64,000 bases of DNA from Catajapyx aquilonaris (taxonomy: Eukaryota), in NCBI GenBank assembly GCA_000934665.2, contig KZ538189.1:1-64000 (forward strand), written 5' to 3'. Every line of letters begins with the position of its first letter. Positions within the stretch are counted from its first letter, which is position 1. Positions 54,701 to 64,000 of this stretch are shown piece after piece. Position numbers and translations under genes: made by a program. The notes under the pieces were generated by a model. The model was not told where the DNA came from, did no database searches, and saw only the letters and a list, made by a program, of their open reading frames with translations.

Positions 54701-56923
54701 GTTGAGAGCTTGACCTGGATGCTCCTCAAATGTAAATGCTGAGATTACATTACCTCCCATCGGTGGCAGCCTGCAAAAAAGTCTGCCAAAGTCATTCCCC
54801 CTGATACCAACCAACGGCCATGAAATTGCTTGTCTGCTTCGGTACACACAATGAAAAAAAAAAACGAAAGCTCTATCCGATGACTACAAGAGAAACGAAA
54901 AAAAAGAGAGAAAATGGCTGCGATTTTGGCGAAAATCCCTACGGAAAATTGAAAGTGCAAAGGGATGCAAAACCACTTGTTTGCAGACAGTGTTTCAAGT
55001 CTTTAGGTTAGTTGCTAACCTGGACTTGTTGACTTTACACTCCCTCACAGCTAATGCCTCAGTTGGCCCAAAAGGCTCAAGAGTTAAAGTTTTTTTTATT
55101 TTTTTTGAACACGGGCCAAAAGGTCACCATTTTGATTTCTGCCCATTCAATAACAGTGTGCTTCAGTAACCCCCACTGATAATCCACCTTTTTTTTCTCT
55201 CTCTCTCTCTCTCTCTTGCATCTGGAAAAATGGGCTTCCACATCCGTTTTCCAATCGGGAGCAAATGCGATTCGAAAATTTCCAACCAATAAATTTTCGA
55301 AAAAGCACTCAAAAAAGTGGAGCCCCAGCAGGCAAAAGTTGGGGAGATATCAGAGAGAGAGAGTGGGGATATATCCCAACGGAGAGAGCGGAAGTTTACA
55401 TCTTAGATTCCATCCTTGAACTCAATTTCGCTTGAAGCCATTCGTCACTACATGATGTCAAACAGCATATGGTCACTGTCACCTTGTTTGTTTGGAGTCG
55501 GAGTGGTCCAAAATGGAGAACCACCAATTTTTCTTTAGAGATCTCCAAACTTTTTTAAAATACATACCAGCCGGAGAGGGAATTTTTTCAATTTGCAATA
55601 TGCATCGGAGCACTTGAGTTATATAAATTTATAATGAATGGTTACTCACACGTGAGCAAACCCATCCGCGTGTGCTGCCAGTCATGTGCAGTTCAATGGC
55701 CACGTTAATAGCCAATTTGGCAAAAACTGAGGCATCGTGAGAGGTCAACTCAGGTTCATTTAACGCAAGGGCAATTTCCCATTATGTTTTGCAATGTCGG
55801 GACCCCTCATCATTCTCCTTCACACTCGACCATTACCGTTACGTGACCAGTTTGGGCCATGTGGGAGGAGCTGCGGGGAAACGTCTTCATGAATAAGGCC
55901 CAGTTTCATACATATTCATAATACATAACAGATTTTTTTCCTTCTACAAGTGATTTGAACTACAATGAATCACTGATGATTCAAAAGAACTTTAAACATA
56001 CCCTTTGGAACCTTCATTCTCTTCTGGACCAAGCACTATGCATGAAGTCATGCATAATAAATGTTTTGTGCTACACCTGGAAGGTCAAAAGCACTATCCG
56101 CCCTTTTTTTTTTTAGAAAAAAAAAAGGTGCCTGTCATGTATGAAATGCCAATTTATACGGAGAGTAATTACATCAGAAGGGTGGTCCCAATGAGATGAT
56201 GGCTTCCATTTATATCACCTCACGCTAGCTCTACAGTGTCACTGCGCTTTCAATATGCCCATCACGCATTTCACCTTGACAAGTGATAATGATAGCGAGA
56301 AGATGGAAATTCATCAAACTTCCTTTTTAGGGGATTAACAAAACGCTAATTATAATGCACTCTAAGGGCGTATTATTGTGGTATTTTTAAAAACTTGTTG
56401 AAACAAATGGCAGGAAATGAGCGATGTAAGAAACACTAATTGTTCGTTAGCACGCCCGCTGAAATTAATAACTGTTTTTGCACACTGTGCATAACAAAAT
56501 CAATGTTAGCACTCGAACATCCACGCTAAATCAGTAGTTCAAGGTTACGTTTATTACGCTACATGCACTTACATAATAAGTTAAAAGGGGCAAAGGCTTC
56601 CATGCAGTAATTCAAACCCTCAGGTCTACCATTAGACGGAACAAAGTCCAGTAACAGTAAACCACGTAGGTGTGATATAATGTCAACCTGGCAGTGACGG
56701 ATGATGGATGCACGAAGGGAATGATGTATGAGCAGAACCAGCTCCAGTTCTGCCCAGTAGAAAAATTGCCCTTCTGAGTGCTTTTATACAGCCATCTTCT
56801 ATATTCCGCACGTTCAGGATGACAAAAAAATATAAGCTGTAATGCATATATACATAGCCTAAAAAGTATTGATCAACAAAATCATATCAACATTGTCTTA
56901 TTTTTAGAAGGTACTTTGGTACG

Positions 56924-56929
56924 TTTATT
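56924..56929 (-). terminator. Candidate polyadenylation signal of WDR91
   Basis: AATAAA on - about 170 nt after the stop; another at 56550-56555. Confidence 0.35.
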
Positions 56930-57096
56930 TTGCCCATGACGTAATCTCACCATCACTTAAGAGCTAAAATTTATCACAACAGCAAATTGCTTGAATAGGA
57001 CCATTCTTTTTCACCTTTTCCACTTTTTTTCTTCCATTCTCCGACATATATGACCAGTCTAGTTTGTACACAGCTTTGAGGGAATGTTGGCTCGCC

Positions 57097-57249
57097 TCAC
57101 TGAGCAAGCAGAGTCGAGATTCGGATGAATCCATCTAGTGCACCAGTAACACACGTAAAGCACTGGTTCACACTAGACCAGTCCACAGACACCACTGCGG
57201 ACTGGTGGCCTCCCAGACATATTAATCTCTGCACGGCTGCTCCAGAGAG
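57097..57249 (-). CDS. WDR91: WDR91 exon 8 (last WD40 repeat, stop)
   Basis: TTTTAG acceptor; LSGAAVQRLICLGGHQSAVVSVDWSSVNQCFTCVTGALDGFIRISTLLAQ*, resembling the WDR91 C-terminus. Total CDS 2028 nt = 675 aa. Confidence 0.87.
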   Translation of the reverse strand, partial: LSGAAVQRLICLGGHQSAVVSVDWSSVNQCFTCVTGALDGFIRISTLLAQ

Positions 57250-57362
57250 CTAAAATAGGATGGCATATTACAAATTACTGATACTGAAATAGACTCCTTA
57301 CAAAATTGGTATTAGACTCTTTCTAATAGTCCTTTCATGCCAATGCTTTCATTTACACTCAC

Positions 57363-58104
57363 CTCGTAAATTATACCACCATGCGGGGCTGCAGTCAGAA
57401 TCCTGCGTCCATCCGCATCAAAGCAGAAGAGTCGCCCATAGGGATGAAACTTAACAGGAGACGCTCCACCTCCCGAGTGACCAACCCAGAAAGGTCCGGC
57501 TACACCTTCGTGCAAGGTAACTTCACTGACCTTCTGCCCTGTGTGGTTCACATTCCATTCACATAGTTTTCCATCTTCTCCCAAGGTAAACGCAGAGGTC
57601 TCATCAGCGGACAATTGAATAGATGCAACCTCGCCCTCGTGAGCAGCCCAGACTGCAATGACCTCAAACTTGGCCACATCAACCACCGAGGCTCTCCCAT
57701 CACTTGTTCCAACCAGTAACAGCTGCCCGTTGTGGTTGAACGTGACGCAATTAGCCACAGGATTGCCTCCAGACACAGAGAGAGTATGTTCTAGGCGACG
57801 GGATTTGAGATCATACAAGTGCAATTTCCCAGATGGCGCATGGTTTCCATCCGATGCGGGTAAGGAGACAGACCGACGAACAACAGACACAACAAAGTTA
57901 GACTCGGCAGGGTTGCAGGCCAGGGCAAGTACTCGTCGGAAAGGTGATGTTGCATCTAATGACATCTCCCACACAGTCTTTCGCTCTCGAATATCATATA
58001 AACGGATAGTGCCGTCTTTGTTCCCATGTATGAAGTACCTCTCATTCTTGCTCGCCCAGTCTAGGGACACCACAGGTGATTTGTACACCAAAGTTGCTAG
58101 TGTT
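57363..58104 (-). CDS. WDR91: WDR91 exon 7 (WD40 repeats)
   Basis: TTTCAG acceptor; WD repeats (DGTIRLYD, GKLHLYD, FNHNGQLLLVGTSDG, AHEGEV...DGKLCEWN); GAG|GTGAGT donor, phase 0. Confidence 0.9.
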
Positions 58105-58299
58105 CTGAAAGGAAAAATTGAGAAAATAAAATACGGCCCGTCTATCCTTTGACTTATGTAACGACCCTGTTGAAAACAGTGTAAGGACACCCAATTTACG
58201 CTACAGTTTGAAATGTGGCCTTTGGGTATCTAATCCGTTGAGTGTACAGCACTGTATTGTACAGTCGACAAGGTCAGATCTGAAGCTACAGCCACTTAC

Positions 58300-58740
58300 T
58301 TTGGTGAAGGAGATGGGCTCCATATCTTAATGACGCCTCCCATGTCTGCACTGATAACAATGGAGCCTGAGGAGTTGAACTTGATTTGCGTAATGGCAAC
58401 TCTGTGCTCTGAATATTCCTCCTGGCTCAGAAGCAGGTAAGGTGAATGTCCGTCTGATTCCGGAGCAGCGGCCATCATCTCCATTGCCAGTGAGTTCGAC
58501 GACTGCTGTTGCTGCACTACACGCTTAACAGGCGCATGCGATTGGCTGGAACTTGACACTTTCAGCCTTGGCTTCTCATCTGATGAGGAAACTGAAGACC
58601 GTTTGTGGCTGCCACTTCCACCACTGCTCTGGGATTTTCGGCTAAGTATGGGCGAGGTAGGTAGGCCCCCAATGTTGCTTCCAATGTTACGGATCAAGTT
58701 TTTGAATGTCTTGATCTGACTCTCTGCTGCTGGGGCTTCC
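58300..58740 (-). CDS. WDR91: WDR91 exon 6 (Ser-rich linker and first WD40 repeat)
   Basis: CCTACAG acceptor; EAPAAESQ...PYLLLSQEEYSEHRVAITQIKFNSSGSIVISADMGGVIKIWS; AA|GTAAGT donor, phase 2. Confidence 0.87.
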
Positions 58741-58811
58741 CTGTAGGTAAGAAATGAGCTGTTGGTTTGCCACATTCTCTGTAATTTCCATGAGAAAGGC
58801 ATGACACTCAC

Positions 58812-59002
58812 TGAGCAATGACGTAAAAGTCATCCATAATTTCAGTGGCTGGTGGCGGCACTTCAGGTGTGGCCACATCCTTCAGACTTGCTCCGTCCAT
58901 CAGCCTGCACAGCTTCGCTCTCAGGGACTCATTCTCCTCCTGCAGTTTCTTAATCCTAGCCGCATCCTCCTCAAAGTTAGCCAAAGTCGGTTGCGGCATG
59001 CA
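58812..59002 (-). CDS. WDR91: WDR91 exon 5 (coiled-coil region)
   Basis: TTGTAG acceptor; CMPQPTLANFEEDAARIKKLQEENESLRAKL...IMDDFYVIAQ; CA|GTGAGT donor, phase 2. Confidence 0.87.
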
Positions 59003-59062
59003 CTACAACGCAGGAAAAAAGTTAAGCCGCCATCAAAAATAGTGGAAGGGGCATTTACGCAC

Positions 59063-59178
59063 CTGGAATATTATAGCCAGGAAGTTGTGGAGTGACACTA
59101 GCGTGGTATCCTGCCAGTGACGGGTGAAGTACAGACCAAACACCATGTTCTCCTCAGGATTTTTTGTGAACGGCAGTG
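59063..59178 (-). CDS. WDR91: WDR91 exon 4
   Basis: TTCCAG acceptor; ALPFTKNPEENMVFGLYFTRHWQDTTLVSLHNFLAIIFQ; CAG|GTGCGT donor, phase 0. Confidence 0.88.
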
Positions 59179-59327
59179 CTGGAATGAGCGACAGAGACTA
59201 TTAACTAATGTACATACCGGTACATTACAATCTGCATTATCAGAGTCATGAAGAATGAGTCATACAACAACTTGTAATACTTGTGATTGTAATACCGACT
59301 CTTAAAGTTGGTAAAAGCAAGGCATAC

Positions 59328-59468
59328 CAAACCATTCTTTCCATTCAGGCTGTCCTTGCAATTCAGGTGTCATCTTCTCAAAAAACTCCATAACTTTGTC
59401 ATGCTTCCCAGTCTGGACAGCTGTCACCAGGTACATCTTCAGAATGGACGTCTCCAGTTTGCGCACGG
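59328..59468 (-). CDS. WDR91: WDR91 exon 3
   Basis: TTACAG acceptor; AVRKLETSILKMYLVTAVQTGKHDKVMEFFEKMTPELQGQPEWKEWF; G|GTATGC donor, phase 1. Confidence 0.88.
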
Positions 59469-59532
59469 CTGTAATCATCATGTATGAATAATGAAGTTGC
59501 GGAGAGCCAAATCATAACCCGGCCAAAATTAC

Positions 59533-59656
59533 CAATCCTGAAGCTGTCGTCGAGCCTGCAGAAAATGCGTTGATCCAAGTGTGCCCAAAGCTCCCTCAGT
59601 GAGTTCAGGTCGTACGAGGTGATGTACGCCATCAGCTGGTCCATGATCTTGTCCAC
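59533..59656 (-). CDS. WDR91: WDR91 exon 2
   Basis: TTTTTTCAG acceptor; VDKIMDQLMAYITSYDLNSLRELWAHLDQRIFCRLDDSFRI; G|GTAATT donor, phase 1. Confidence 0.88.
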
Positions 59657-59716
59657 CTGAAAAAACCAGAACATATCAGAAAAACCATCCCCCAAAAAAT
59701 TGACCAAAGGTCCTAC

Positions 59717-59836
59717 CCTGAATCCTTTGTCCTTGTCTGCCTTCAGGTCTACGTCGAAGGCCTTCAGGGTGTTGCTGAACCCCCTGTACAAGAGGTACTC
59801 CCTCACCAGTTCGTCCAGGTACTGCGTGTGGGCCAT
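59717..59836 (-). CDS. WDR91: WD repeat-containing protein 91, exon 1
   Basis: MAHTQYLDELVREYLLYRGFSNTLKAFDVDLKADKDKGFR matches the LisH-like N-terminus of WDR91 (DELVREYLLFRGF...KGFRVDKI); donor AGG|GTAGGA, phase 0. Confidence 0.9.
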
Positions 59837-59895
59837 GGCTGTCCTCTCCTTCAAATCCAACAGGAAAAAAAGGACACACCAAAAAAGTCTGTCAC

Positions 59896-60050
59896 CTAAA
59901 AGGCAACGGCCGCCATCTTTGTACTATCCACTATCGACCACAAAAACTACCGCCATCTTCCCCCCCAAAAAACTGGCCATAGCAGCGGATCCTATCGACA
60001 AAAACAGCTATTGCGCAAATAGCAGTTATAAACAACTGCTTAATGTATAA
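59896..60050 (-). promoter_or_regulatory. Probable housekeeping-type core promoter / 5' leader of WDR91
   Basis: Two AAGATGGCGG (YY1/Pho-like) motifs 40 bp apart (ATGs at 59916 and 59956) and two CTATCGAC DRE/CGATA-like motifs (59931, 59992) just upstream of the start codon. Confidence 0.5.
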
Positions 60051-60108
60051 CATACTGAAAATGTGTAAAAAAAAATAAATGCTAAAGATATAAAATGAAC
60101 AAGGACAC

Positions 60109-60114
60109 TTTATT
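60109..60114 (-). terminator. Candidate polyadenylation signal (AATAAA) of the K2P gene
   Basis: AATAAA on - followed by GT/T-rich sequence; a more proximal AATAAA lies at 60696-60701. Confidence 0.45.
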
Positions 60115-61154
60115 CAGAAAATATACATCAGTGAATGACTCCACTCCAGTTTTTTTTTGTTCTAATTATGACGGTCGGTGCGGCATTTGTAAGAAGAAAC
60201 CGTTTACCCAATGAGTGTCATTCCCTTTTATCACTTAAGCACTACAAAGATACATCATAATCTCTTGGCTCGCAGGCTGATTGACCACTCAGCCAAAAAC
60301 AGATAAGATGTGCAAGATTACAGAACTGTGTGTCCCACAATTTGGGGGTCCCAGTAGTATGTGTACACTTATAATATGGACAATACTACTACATTATGGA
60401 AAGAAAACGGATGAAAAGAAACGCCAAGACTGAGTTTCACTATGTGTTGCAGCTAACTGAATGGTCATGCGGCTGCAGGAAGATTATTTTGCTGCCACTT
60501 AATAATGGTTGAACAATGAGCAGAAAGGCAGTGCGTGAATAATGAAGGCAGTCGTTACAATTATTTATAGAGATTTATGAAAAATGTGTTTGTCAATGGA
60601 ATATTTCCTAAATTGCAGACACAAAGGCCACACAGCATTTAATTTTATGTAGACCAAAATTATCAGCATCACACCTCACAGCAGCGTATTATTTTTTTAT
60701 TCCAAACTGAAGTAATAATAAATATAATCTGAAAGTGTATAACAGATCAGCTGCATACTGCGCAATAAGCTCAAAGCACATATGATCACATTGAATTTAA
60801 ATTGGATGGATTCAGGGCAGGCGCGTTTGACACAAATGGACAACATAACGTTGAAGAGGCACTTCAGCAGAGAAAGGCTGCCAAATAATTTTTTTTCTTC
60901 AGAGACAGGCGCTTATAATCGAGACAGTCTTATTGGTTTCATTTTGTTAAGTAGAGGGGCACAAGGAAGGGGATCTATTTACACATAGTCCATCCACCAC
61001 CACAGCACCTCTTGGTTAAATCTCATAGTCGTAAAGTGTAAAAATTTTCCTTTCAAGGGTGGAACTAAAATCTAAATTCACACCGTTCAAAAAAAAACAC
61101 GTGTAAATGAGCATTGAAACATCAAACCCACAAGGTTGATTAATATCTTCCTTA

Positions 61155-61200
61155 TTATGACCTCTTCTTCTCTCCGGGCTTTGGCTTTGGCTTTTCCTCC

Positions 61201-61232
<32 letters not shown>

Positions 61233-61370
61233 CTCTTCCTCCTCCTTGGGTTTATCGTCAGACACCACTTGAGGCGTGGCGTCATCTCCTTCCTTTGATT
61301 CCACATCTGACAAGCCAATAGTGGTTCCTATCTTTGCGCTGGCCATCCTGAAGGTATCAGACAGCTTTTC
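61155..61370 (-). CDS. K2P channel exon 5: C-terminus with poly-Glu, stop
   Basis: CCAACAG acceptor; EKLSDTFRMASAKIGTTIGL...E17...KPKPKPGEKKRS*. Total 1368 nt = 455 aa without the cassette exon. Confidence 0.87.
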
Positions 61371-61436
61371 CTGTTGGAAGAAATTGCAGACATGTTAGAC
61401 ATGTCGTATGGCATTCAAAAGTATGTGACTTATTAC

Positions 61437-61517
61437 CTGAACAACATTGATACACATGGATGTGAGAGCCAGCCCAAATACAAGGTACACCATAGAAGCC
61501 ATCATGTACATTGGATG
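61437..61517 (-). CDS. K2P channel exon 4: M4
   Basis: TTTCAG acceptor; HPMYMMASMVYLVFGLALTSMCINVVQ; CAG|GTAATA donor, phase 0. Confidence 0.88.
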
Positions 61518-61573
61518 CTGAAACAACAATGCCATGTTACACTCTCGCACATTAAGATCATTTTGAAACATAC

Positions 61574-61855
61574 TTCTGGCACATAATCTCCAAATCCAAT
61601 GGTAGACATGGAGACAAATACAAAGTAGAAGGACTCAAAGAAGCTCCACGGTTCCCAGAAGCTGTAGATAGTGGCTCCGGCCATGATGTAAATGATGAGG
61701 ATGCTGAAGGCCACAGACACTGGCAGGTTGAACTCATCATCAATCACGTATGTTCCAGCCACCGAATCAGGAGTCTTGCTACCATCCCCTTCTTCCTCTG
61801 AAGTGCTCCGGAAAATCGACATCCCATACACCTCCTTGATCCCCTTAACCATGCC
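61574..61855 (-). CDS. K2P channel exon 3: M2-M3 loop, M3, P2 filter
   Basis: TTTTTTTTCCCTCAG acceptor; IDDEFNLPVSVAFSILIIYIMAGATIY...WSFFESFYFVFVSMSTIGFGDYVPE; GAA|GTATGT donor, phase 0. Confidence 0.9.
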
Positions 61856-62044
61856 CTGAGGGAAAAAAAAGAGACAACTCTCAACCAGGTATTCACATTT
61901 TCACCTGACCTGTAATCAAGCATTTAATTAATTTGTGGTAACATGCACTCATTCGTAGGAAGAAAATACATAAAACGAAGAGAAGGCAGGCTGAAAAATG
62001 GAAATATAGACGAAGGAATCTTCTCATATTGATAGATGTCTTAC

Positions 62045-62098
62045 TTGGTCTTCCTTATTGCTTCCAGAGGCATTCCCAGGGTCATTGTTATTTTCCCC
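62045..62098 (-). CDS. Candidate 54-nt cassette exon of the K2P channel (GENNNDPGNASGSNKEDQ)
   Basis: Pyrimidine tract with CTGAC, AAG acceptor, 18 open codons in phase 0/0, CAA|GTAAGA donor. No homology support. Confidence 0.45.
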
Positions 62099-62188
62099 CT
62101 TGAAGTTTGACAGTCAGAAAAGACAGTGAAGAGCGACACAACAGTGTGAGGACACCAATCATTATTTTAAAAAAGTGACTAAGCTCAC

Positions 62189-62391
62189 CTGAACAGGCAC
62201 TGTGCTTCGGACCTTCTTGCATGATCCGGTGTAATACAGCCTCCTCACGAAAGCCCAGAAAAACTTCATTCCTCGAGTCAACAGCTTTCCAAAGTCAGCC
62301 AGAAGAATGAGGAAGATAGGTATGCCGAAAAATGCGTAGACGATGGTTATAGCCCTTCCGGTATGGGTTGAAGGCGTGATGTGACCATAAC
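62189..62391 (-). CDS. K2P channel exon 2: P1 filter and M2
   Basis: TTTCAG acceptor; GYGHITPSTHTGRAITIVYAFFGIPIFLILLADFGKLLTRG...VPVQ; CAG|GTGAGC donor, phase 0. Confidence 0.9.
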
Positions 62392-62939
62392 CTGAAATCC
62401 AGATACATTATTTATATAGTTGCATGAAATGATTCAATGTTCCCAACTGAATTTTCCGTCGGTTCGGGTAGGTGTCCTCAGTCAGCCCCGAAATAGCTCC
62501 CCCAACATCTATTTTCAGAAACGAGGCAGAGTACACCCCAGTGGGATCTACAAACCATTCGCTTTATAGGCGGGGAGCACCGCAAGGGACAATTTTACCA
62601 CAAATACGAAAACAGCACCTGGGGTACAGGGTGACACAAAATATTTAAAAAAGTGTCGAGCCCAAACTGCCTGTAGATGTGTGAACCGGTTGTCGATGCA
62701 GTTTCATAACATTGTGATGTAACGCTTTGTTGCATCGCTTAATTATGCAGCGTATAGGTTGATCCCAATTAAAACGGAGCCAGCCAACCGAGAAAATTCG
62801 GAAATATAAAAATAATTATGCCACCCGCTGGCACGTGCACTGATTGACGTCACTGGCAACCCTTTTGTCCTGATCTTGTTTTTAATCCAGGCCACCGGTT
62901 ACGAAACGATTTGTTTGGTAACTGCCCTAATAGACTCAC

Positions 62940-63525
62940 CGATGGTGGTAACGACTGTGATGCAGTAAACCACGGCGTTCAGGAAGCTCCACGACCTCTG
63001 ACCCGAGTATGAGTTGACCCCTGCGTCGAATGCGTCGTGGAGTTGGTCCTCAAACACCATCAGTTTCCTCCTGGCTAGAGATTTCCAGTCGTCTTCTTCC
63101 AGATTCTGACTCATGTTCCAGAGGTCGTCGATGAAGTTCCGCTTGACCCTTTTGACCCCGCATTTGTAGAAGGACTCGAAGGCTCCTTCAGTGAACCTGA
63201 AGATGATTCCTCCGACACCGCAAAAGGCCATACCCAGACTCAGCATGATCATGCACATCTTGAACTCGCTCTTCAGCAAGTCCCACTGCTCCTTTTCTTC
63301 GTACACGTGTTCCTTCCAGCATCCTCCCATGTTCCCACACCATTCTCGCACCCTCTGGAAAATCCCTGGTCCAGATTCCTCCTTGTCCTCTTTCTTCTTC
63401 TCCTCAATTTTCTCCTGCTCCTTCTCCTTCTTCTTCTTCTCCTTGAAGCTCTGCAGTTTCTCTTGCAACTTCACTTCGTCATCCGGCTCTCCTGGCCAAA
63501 CCCACTCCGACTCCTCTGAAGCCAT
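62940..63525 (-). CDS. Two-pore-domain (TWiK/K2P, KCNK family) potassium channel, exon 1: charged N-terminus, M1, cap, pore helix 1
   Basis: ATG 63525 with an in-frame TAG upstream; M1 hydrophobic segment, cap with Cys (YKCGVKR), WSFLNAVVYCITVVTTI; G|GTGAGT donor, phase 1, splitting the first filter Gly codon. Confidence 0.9.
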
Positions 63526-63674
63526 CTTTGCTCCTGAAGGAGTTTCTTCCGGGCCAAAATTAGCTCCAACCAGAGGAGGGCGCCACTATTTTGCAGTGGG
63601 TGTTGGTGGGGAGGGGATTGGGTTAAAAACTTTAGCTCGACTTTGACTGCAGTGGCGCCGCAGACCATGGCCCA

Positions 63675-63740
63675 TCCACTATCGATCCGCCCAAAAACTA
63701 TCCGTCAACACGCGGGTCATCACAGGTCACACTATAACTA
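63675..63740. promoter_or_regulatory. Candidate core promoter upstream of the K2P gene, possibly bidirectional
   Basis: TATCGATC (7/8 match to DRE) near 63680 and AGGTCACACTA (Ohler motif 1-like, YGGTCACACTR) at 63724-63734 on +. Confidence 0.35.
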
Positions 63741-64000
63741 CCAGTCATCTGAGACAACACACATTAGCAAAGCCACAAAAACGTTCGTTGGAGCGTCACA
63801 AGACATCCAAATCTGATTGACATTTGGAACAACTTTTCGAAAAGGTTTTGGCATTTTGGGACCGTCCTTTTTTCGCGGCCTCAGTATCGGGTTAATTTCC
63901 CACACGCCCTGAGGTGTGGGACACAGGCCAAGTTAGCGGGACAGAAATAACTAAGCGGATGACAAGACTTTTTAAAAAAAACAGATGTAACTGCCCATAC

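Noticed and set aside
1287..56199. Numerous 60-209 aa ORFs in intronic and intergenic DNA
   Set aside because: Random-looking composition, homopolymer-derived residues, many non-ATG starts, and no domain, transposase or reverse-transcriptase motifs recognised.
61555..61568. AGATCATTTTGAAA resembling the bantam miRNA
   Set aside because: Seed mismatch, no 3' match, no hairpin, and it lies in a 56-nt intron beside the donor; coincidental.
57658..63646. Plus-strand ORFs (164, 116, 151 aa and others) opposite WDR91 and K2P exons
   Set aside because: Antisense shadows of real exons.
1..64000. tRNA, rRNA, CRISPR arrays, prokaryotic operons or autonomous transposons
   Set aside because: None recognised by eye; the DNA is intron-containing and eukaryotic. 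Covariance-model and repeat searches were not run, so degenerate elements could be missed.

Overview
Eukaryotic genomic DNA, most likely arthropod (GT-AG introns, an invertebrate octopamine receptor, TTAGG repeats). Three spliced genes can be assembled with consistent intron phases. (1) A beta-adrenergic-like octopamine receptor (Octbeta1R/OA2-like) on +, two coding exons (8356-9110, 35558-36176; 457 aa) split in intracellular loop 3 by a 26.4-kb intron. (2) WDR91 on -, 8 exons (59836-57097; 675 aa). (3) A two-pore-domain (TWiK/K2P) potassium channel on -, 5 exons (63525-61155; 455 aa) plus a candidate 54-nt cassette exon. The giant intron carries a 331-bp MITE with 39-bp TIRs, a perfect 25-bp-stem hairpin, a (GA)31 tract and an interstitial telomere-like TTAGG/ATAGG array. 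About 21 kb (36.2-57 kb) has no recognisable coding sequence. I see no convincing novel multi-gene system; the best leads are regulatory, splicing and repeat features. Most ORFs in the supplied track are spurious.
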